Under the pieces are notes generated by a model. It did not search any database. It saw only the letters and a program-made list of their open reading frames with translations, and had not been told where the DNA came from. Of a DNA stretch of 4,213 bases, positions 1 to 4,213 are shown one piece after another. The translations under genes and the position numbers were made by a program. Source of the DNA: a virus (taxonomy: Duplodnaviria; Heunggongvirae; Uroviricota; Caudoviricetes); IMG/VR virus record IMGVR_UViG_2706794687_000006, one strand, 5' to 3'. The number at the start of each line of letters is the position of its first letter. Positions within the stretch are counted from its first letter, which is position 1.

Positions 1-60
1 CGTCTGGGGAATATCTCCCCGGCAGCCTTCAGGGAAAAATATCATCAGATGGCTGCTTAA
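1..60 (+). CDS. 3' end of an upstream gene (partial; 19 codons then TAA at 58-60), probably the structural gene preceding the sheath gene
   Basis: Frame 1 is open from position 1 to the TAA at 58-60 (RLGNISPAAFREKYHQMAA*), co-oriented with the downstream tail genes. Too short to assign a product. Confidence 0.3.
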   Translation, partial: RLGNISPAAFREKYHQMAA

Positions 61-102
61 AAAAAGAACAAATGGTAGTGTCCGCTATTGCCAGTACACC
101 TC

Positions 103-112
103 AAGGATAAGG
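103..112 (+). promoter_or_regulatory. Shine-Dalgarno region for the sheath gene (AAGGA at 103-107, AAGG at 109-112)
   Basis: Purine-rich AAGGATAAGG lies about 10 nt upstream of the ATG at 123. Confidence 0.4.
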
Positions 113-122
113 CTAAAAAATC

Positions 123-1619
123 ATGACGATAAGTTTTAATACTGTTCCGTCGAATACGCTGGTGCCGTTGTTCTACGCCGAGATGAACAATTCTGCGGCA
201 AATACAGCGGTGACCAGCGCGCCTGCATTACTGATCGGGCATGCCAGCAACGATGCAGCCATTGAGGTTAACAGCCTGGTGCTGATGCCATCGGCAGATT
301 ATGCCCGCCAGATTTGTGGGGCGGGGAGCCAGCTGGCGCGTATGGTGGAAGTCTACCGTCAGACAGATCCTTTCGGTGAACTGTATGTTATTGCAGTACC
401 GGAAGCCAGAGGGGCGGCGGCGACGGTCAGGGTGACGGTTGCCGGAGAAGCAGAGGAAAGCGGCACCCTGAGTCTGTATGTCGGGCGCTCCCGTGTACAG
501 GTGCCTGTGGTGAATGGCGATGATGCCACTGCGGTTGCCACCGCGATTAAGGAAGCGGTAAACGGGGTTATCACCCTGCCGTTTACGGCGTCATCTGATG
601 CAGGTGTGGTGACGCTGACTGCCCGTCATAAGGGGCTGTATGGTAATGAGTTACCGGTCTGTCTGAATTATTATGGTTCTGGTGGTGGTGAGATTCTGCC
701 AGCAGGGCTTCGGGTGGTGACGGAAGTCGGTGCTGCCGGTAGCGGAGCGCCTGATCTTACCGCCGCTGTTGCTGCTATGGGCGATGAGGCATTCGACTTT
801 ATCGGTCTGCCGTTCAACGATGCCGCCTCCATCAATATGATGATGACCGAAATGAATGACAGCAGCGGTCGCTGGAGTTATGCGCGCCAGTTATACGGGC
901 ATGGCTATACCGCAAAACTGGGAACGCTGTCAGAGCTGGTTGGTGCCGGAGATATGCATAATCAGCAACATATCACGCTTGCCGGTTACGAAAAAGAAAC
1001 CCAGTCGCCTGTCGATGAACTGGTTGCCAGTCGCCTTGCCCGTGAAGCGGTATTTATCCGGAATGATCCTGCCCGTCCGACACAGACGGGGGAGCTGGTG
1101 GGGATGCTTCCGGCACCGAAAGGTAAGCGATTCATCATGACAGAGCAGCAGACCCTTTTATCTCACGGCGTGGCGACGGCTTATGTGGAAGGCGGCACGT
1201 TGCAGATCCAGCGTTCCGTAACCACCTACAAAAAGAATGCGTATGGCGTGGCAGACAACAGCTATCTGGACAGTGAAACTCTGCATACCAGTGCATATGT
1301 TCTTCGCAAACTGAAATCGGTCATCACAAGCAAGTACGGACGTCACAAGCTGGCAAATGATGGTACCCGTTTTGGTCCGGGGCAGGCGATTGTCACTCCT
1401 GCCGTTATCAAAGGGGAACTTCTGGCGACATATCGTCAGATGGAGCGTGCCGGTATTGTGGAAAATTACGATCTGTTTAAACAGTATCTGATAGTTGAGC
1501 GTGATGCAGATAACCCGAACCGACTGAATACGCTGTTCCCGCCGGATTATGTTAATCAGTTACGTGTCTTTGCGGTGGTTAACCAGTTCCGTCTTCAGTA
1601 TTCAGAGGAGTCAGCATAA
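123..1619 (+). CDS. Phage contractile tail sheath protein (Mu gpL-like family), 498 aa
   Basis: Long uninterrupted ORF with ATG start and upstream SD. Its size (~500 aa) and position directly upstream of a 118-aa tube gene, chaperone and TMP follow the sheath-tube-chaperone-TMP order of myovirus tail modules. The N-terminus (MTISFNTVPSNTLVPLFYAE...) resembles Mu-type sheath proteins as I recall them, but this is not verified by search. Confidence 0.8.
   Translation: MTISFNTVPSNTLVPLFYAEMNNSAANTAVTSAPALLIGHASNDAAIEVNSLVLMPSADYARQICGAGSQLARMVEVYRQTDPFGELYVIAVPEARGAAATVRVTVAGEAEESGTLSLYVGRSRVQVPVVNGDDATAVATAIKEAVNGVITLPFTASSDAGVVTLTARHKGLYGNELPVCLNYYGSGGGEILPAGLRVVTEVGAAGSGAPDLTAAVAAMGDEAFDFIGLPFNDAASINMMMTEMNDSSGRWSYARQLYGHGYTAKLGTLSELVGAGDMHNQQHITLAGYEKETQSPVDELVASRLAREAVFIRNDPARPTQTGELVGMLPAPKGKRFIMTEQQTLLSHGVATAYVEGGTLQIQRSVTTYKKNAYGVADNSYLDSETLHTSAYVLRKLKSVITSKYGRHKLANDGTRFGPGQAIVTPAVIKGELLATYRQMERAGIVENYDLFKQYLIVERDADNPNRLNTLFPPDYVNQLRVFAVVNQFRLQYSEESA
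1605..1610 (+). promoter_or_regulatory. Shine-Dalgarno (GAGGAG) for the tube gene, inside the 3' end of the sheath gene
   Basis: GAGGAG at 1605-1610 sits 8 nt before the ATG at 1619. The sheath stop TAA (1617-1619) overlaps that ATG as TAATG, indicating translational coupling. Confidence 0.5.
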
Positions 1620-1975
1620 TGGCAAAGATCGCCGGAACCTGTTTTTTTAAAGTGGATGGTCAGCAGTTATCGCTGACAGGTGGCATTGAAGTGCCGATGA
1701 ACACCAATGTCCGGGATGACATCGTCGGCATGGCAGGGGATGTGGATTACAAGGAGACCTGGCGGTCACCTTACGTTAAGGGCACGTTTAAAGTGCCCAA
1801 AAACTTTCCGGTCGACAAAATTACCACCTCAGACCAGATGACGATTACCGCTGAGCTGGCAAACGGCATGGTGTATGTGCTTTCGGCGGCATGGCTGCAC
1901 GGAGAGGCTAATCATAATGCCGAAGAAGGCACGGCAGATCTTGAATTCCACGGCGAAGAGGGAGGGTATCAGTAA
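1619..1975 (+). CDS. Phage tail tube protein (Mu gpM-like), 118 aa
   Basis: 118-aa ORF immediately after the sheath gene with a TAATG overlap. Size and position are typical of the tube protein in contractile tail modules; the family assignment is from recall only. Confidence 0.75.
   Translation: MAKIAGTCFFKVDGQQLSLTGGIEVPMNTNVRDDIVGMAGDVDYKETWRSPYVKGTFKVPKNFPVDKITTSDQMTITAELANGMVYVLSAAWLHGEANHNAEEGTADLEFHGEEGGYQ
1961..1965 (+). promoter_or_regulatory. Shine-Dalgarno (GGAGG) for the chaperone gene
   Basis: GGAGG at 1961-1965 lies 9 nt upstream of the ATG at 1975. The tube stop TAA (1973-1975) overlaps that ATG as TAATG. Confidence 0.5.
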
Positions 1976-2064
1976 TGGCAATGAACGTTACAGAAATAGT
2001 TTTAAAAAAACCGGTGACAGCGCATAACGAAATGCTGCATGTGCTGGAGTTGCGCGAGCCCACG
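1975..2064 (+). CDS. Tail assembly chaperone (P2 gpE / Mu gp41-like), 5' portion only; the remainder is hidden in the N-run
   Basis: ATG at 1975 is coupled to the tube stop. The N-terminus MAMNVTEIVLKKPVTAHNEMLHVLELREPT resembles the conserved N-terminal region of tail assembly chaperones, which sit between tube and TMP genes. The ORF runs into the N-run at 2065. The ORF-track continuation after the gap (RVPEPQYWGRW...) is in the wrong frame and is not part of this protein. Confidence 0.55.
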
Positions 2065-2115
2065 NNNNNNNNNNNNNNNNNNNNNNNNNNNNNNNNNNNN
2101 NNNNNNNNNNNNNNN
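2065..2115. other. Run of 51 N (masked or unsequenced gap)
   Basis: Directly visible in the sequence. Coding frame differs on the two sides (codon starts are 1 mod 3 before, 0 mod 3 after), so the run does not represent in-frame continuous sequence of its stated length. Confidence 0.95.
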
Positions 2116-3946
2116 CGGGTGCCGGAACCGCAGTACTGGGGGCGCTGGCGCTCCCGGTCAAATCTGCCATTGCCCTTGAATCAAAAATGGCGGATGTCCG
2201 GAAAGTGGTGGATGGTCTGGATACGCCGGAAGCGTTTAAGGCAATGACGGAGCAGGTGCGCGANNNNNNNNNNNNNNNNNNNNNNNNNNNNNNNNNNNNN
2301 NNNNNNNNNNNNNNNNNNNNNNNNNNNNNNNNNNNNNNNNNNNNNNNNNNNNNNNNNNNNNNNNNNNNNNNNNNNNNNNNNNNNNNNNNNNNNNNNNNNN
2401 NNNNNNNNNNNNNNNNNNNNNNNNNNNNNNNNNNNNNNNNNNNNNNNNNNNNNNNNNNNNNNNNNNNNNNNNNNNNNNNNNNNNNNNNNNNNNNNNNNNN
2501 NNNNNNNNNNNTACCGGTCCTGCAAGTGCGAAAAAGATTTCTGATGTTGTGACCCGTATTGGCCCTTTAGGCAGTGTTGCGGGTGTGGCCTCCGGAGAGA
2601 TTGCCGCAATGGGGGCAACCATTGCCGGAATGGGGGTGGAGTCAGAAATTGCTGCGACGGGGATAAAGAATTTTATGTTGTCGCTGACAGCGAGGGATTC
2701 TGCCACCAAATCGCAGAAAAAAGTGCTCCGCTCGTTGCGCATTAGCCCGAAAAAACTGGCGGCGGATATGCAGAAAGACGCCCGCGGGGCCATGCTGCAC
2801 GTACTGGATTCTCTGGCAAAAGTGCCGAAAGAAAAACAGGCTGCTGTGCTGAAAGCGCTGTTCGGGAAGGAATCCCTGGGGGCCATTGCGCCGCTGCTCA
2901 CGAATCTGGATTTGTTGCGAACCAACTTTAATCGTGTGGCGGATGCGCAGCAGTATGGCGGCTCAATGCAGAAAGAATATGCCGCCCGTGCCGCGACGAC
3001 AGAAAATCAGTTGTTGCTGCTGCAGAACCAGATCAATGCGATTTCTTCCACGCTGGGGGAAACCTTCCTGCCTTCACTCAATGAAGGCATAAAAGAGATG
3101 AAGCCTTTTCTGGAAGAAGTGCGCACGTTTGTCAGAGAAAATCCTGAGGTCGTAAAAACCATCGCGAAAACTGGTGCGGCATTACTGACGATGGGCGTGG
3201 CGATTGGCACATTGACACGCATAACAAAAATCATGGGTAGCGTGATGAATATGACGCCGGCAAAGGGATTAATTGCGCTTCTCGTCGGTGGTGCATATCT
3301 CATAATTGATAACTGGGAAACGGTCGGTCCGGTTGTGAAAAAAGTCTGGCAGGAGGTTGATCAGGTTGTCAGAGCAATGGGGGGATGGGAACAGGCAGTA
3401 AAAACAATAGCAACGGTTTCTGCCCTGTATATTGGTGTGAAGGCGGTGGCAAGTATTCGTGCGGCAACAGTCGCCCAGAATCAATGGACAACGGCGGCAG
3501 GAAAAACAGGGCTGAAATTAAAGGGCCTCGGAAAGATCAGTCTGATTGGTGGATTGCTTGAACTGGGCATGATGGCGCAGGAGTTTGAAAAAGCACATCC
3601 CTGGCTTGTTAAAAATTTTGTGGCTGATGCACTGAACAGTGGATTTGGTCTGAATGATAAGTTCGACGAGTGGGGCAAACAGTTCCATGATTTTGTCTAT
3701 GACATGACCGGATGGCAGATGCCACGTGGTGATGGGTATTTATCTCCCGATAAACGCTACACCCCGAATGTATCACTGGAAAGGAATCAGCTGTTAAGCC
3801 TTGCATCTTCACCGGCAACCCGCAGCGAACTTAAGGTGACGTTTGACAACGCGCCGCCTGGAATGCGCGTTATCGATTTGCCGAAAACAGGCGATCCCTT
3901 TATGAAAATCACCCATGATGTTGGGTATTCTCCATTTAAAAGGTGA
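2116..3946 (+). CDS. Phage tail tape measure protein (TMP); 5' end not visible, interrupted by the N-run 2264-2511, stop TGA at 3944-3946
   Basis: Segment 1 (2118-2263, codon starts 0 mod 3) translates to GAGTAVLGALALPVKSAIALESKMADVRKVVDGLDTPEAFKAMTEQVR, which resembles the conserved TMP core motif as I recall it. Segment 2 (2513-3946, codon starts 2 mod 3) is open from the gap edge: TGPASAKKISDVVTRIGPLGSV...LFGKESLGAIAPLL..., followed by several long hydrophobic stretches typical of TMPs. The ATG at 2187 and GTG at 2549 used by the ORF track are internal codons, not true starts. Confidence 0.8.
2264..2511. other. Run of 248 N inside the tape measure gene
   Basis: Directly visible. TMP coding frame shifts from 0 mod 3 before to 2 mod 3 after, so the stated length is not frame-consistent with the flanks. 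Confidence 0.95.
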
Positions 3947-4013
3947 GTTCTTTTTTTGTGGTGAAAGATGAGGCAAAATTATCGCGTAACATGCTAACAA
4001 TGGAGTTTGTTTT

Positions 4014-4145
4014 GTGATAAAGCCATTTTTAATGACGGTTGCAATATTAACCTCTTGCTGTGCTCAGGCGAAAATACTAACAAATGAGGAGATTGTTTCA
4101 CGATTTATTAGTAACGTTAAAACGGTGATGCTGCCAACTTACTGA
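4014..4145 (+). CDS. Candidate small exported protein or lipoprotein (43 aa) of unknown function; hypothetical
   Basis: GTG start at 4014 preceded by GGAG (4002-4005) with 8-nt spacing; stop TGA at 4143-4145. Translation: MIKPFLMTVAILTSCCAQAKILTNEEIVSRFISNVKTVMLPTY. It has a Lys-containing n-region, a hydrophobic core, a lipobox-like L-T-S-C (Cys15) and an alternative A-Q-A signal peptidase I motif. Short ORFs can be chance, and the region is AT-rich. Confidence 0.35.
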   Translation: MIKPFLMTVAILTSCCAQAKILTNEEIVSRFISNVKTVMLPTY

Positions 4146-4213
4146 TTTAGTGTATGATGGTGTTTTTGAGGTGCTCCAGTGGCTTCTGTTTCTATCAGCT
4201 GTCCCTCCTGTTC

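Noticed and set aside
6-20. Short inverted repeat GGGGA-ATATC-TCCCC
   Set aside because: A 5-bp stem inside the coding 3' end of the upstream gene, with no following U-tract; likely chance.
359-574. 71-aa minus-strand ORF inside the sheath gene
   Set aside because: Entirely antisense to a strongly supported long CDS, with an Ala/Thr/Pro-rich translation typical of the reverse frame of GC-rich coding sequence and no ribosome binding context.
856-1140. 94-aa plus-strand ORF in an alternative frame inside the sheath gene
   Set aside because: Fully embedded out of frame in the sheath CDS; an Arg/Trp-rich product typical of off-frame reading.
1158-1346. 62-aa minus-strand ORF inside the sheath gene
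   Set aside because: Antisense to the sheath CDS with no independent support.
2004-2010. A7 run (TTTAAAAAAACC) as a possible programmed frameshift site
   Set aside because: It lies only 10 codons into the chaperone gene, whereas chaperone frameshift sites lie near the 3' end; the overlapping frames were not checked for stops.
1975-2247. ORF-track 90-aa protein running through the first N-run
   Set aside because: Only the first 30 codons (1975-2064) look genuine. After the gap this frame gives a Trp/Arg-rich off-frame translation, while the 0 mod 3 frame carries the TMP sequence.
2187-2552. ORF-track 121-aa protein starting MADVRKVV and ending PVLQVRKRFLML
   Set aside because: The 5' part is an internal segment of the TMP, not an independent gene. 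The 3' part after the N-run is off-frame relative to the real TMP frame.
2236-2925. 229-aa minus-strand ORF spanning the second N-run
   Set aside because: Antisense to the TMP, with length inflated by the N-run, which cannot contain stop codons.
2886-3092. 68-aa Cys/Arg-rich plus-strand ORF inside the TMP gene
   Set aside because: Embedded alternative frame of the TMP CDS with off-frame composition and no SD.
3947-3958. T-run right after the TMP stop as a possible intrinsic terminator
   Set aside because: No GC-rich stem-loop precedes the T-run, so it does not fit a canonical rho-independent terminator.
3007-4000. Five short minus-strand ORFs (3007-3303, 3269-3484, 3481-3678, 3609-3818, 3809-4000)
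   Set aside because: All antisense to the TMP CDS, each 63-98 aa, with low-complexity or Cys/His-rich translations and no start context.

Overview
This window reads as a co-oriented (+ strand) contractile-tail assembly block from a Mu-like (myovirus-type) prophage in an enterobacterial-type genome (about 55% GC in a sampled coding block). In order: the last 19 codons of an upstream gene (1-60); a 498-aa tail sheath gene (123-1619); a 118-aa tail tube gene (1619-1975); the 5' end of a tail assembly chaperone (1975-2064); and a tape measure protein (TMP) gene running to 3946. The sheath/tube and tube/chaperone junctions are TAATG stop-start overlaps. Two N-runs (2065-2115 and 2264-2511) interrupt the chaperone/TMP region, and the coding frame changes across both, so their lengths cannot be taken as faithful. 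After the TMP stop the sequence turns AT-rich (about 36% GC in 4001-4100) and contains a 43-codon ORF (4014-4145) with a good Shine-Dalgarno and an N-terminal export/lipoprotein-type signal; this is the most unusual element and a candidate prophage moron. I see no rRNA, tRNA, CRISPR array, or transposase/integrase-like ORF. All product assignments rest on recalled family resemblance and gene order, not on a database search.
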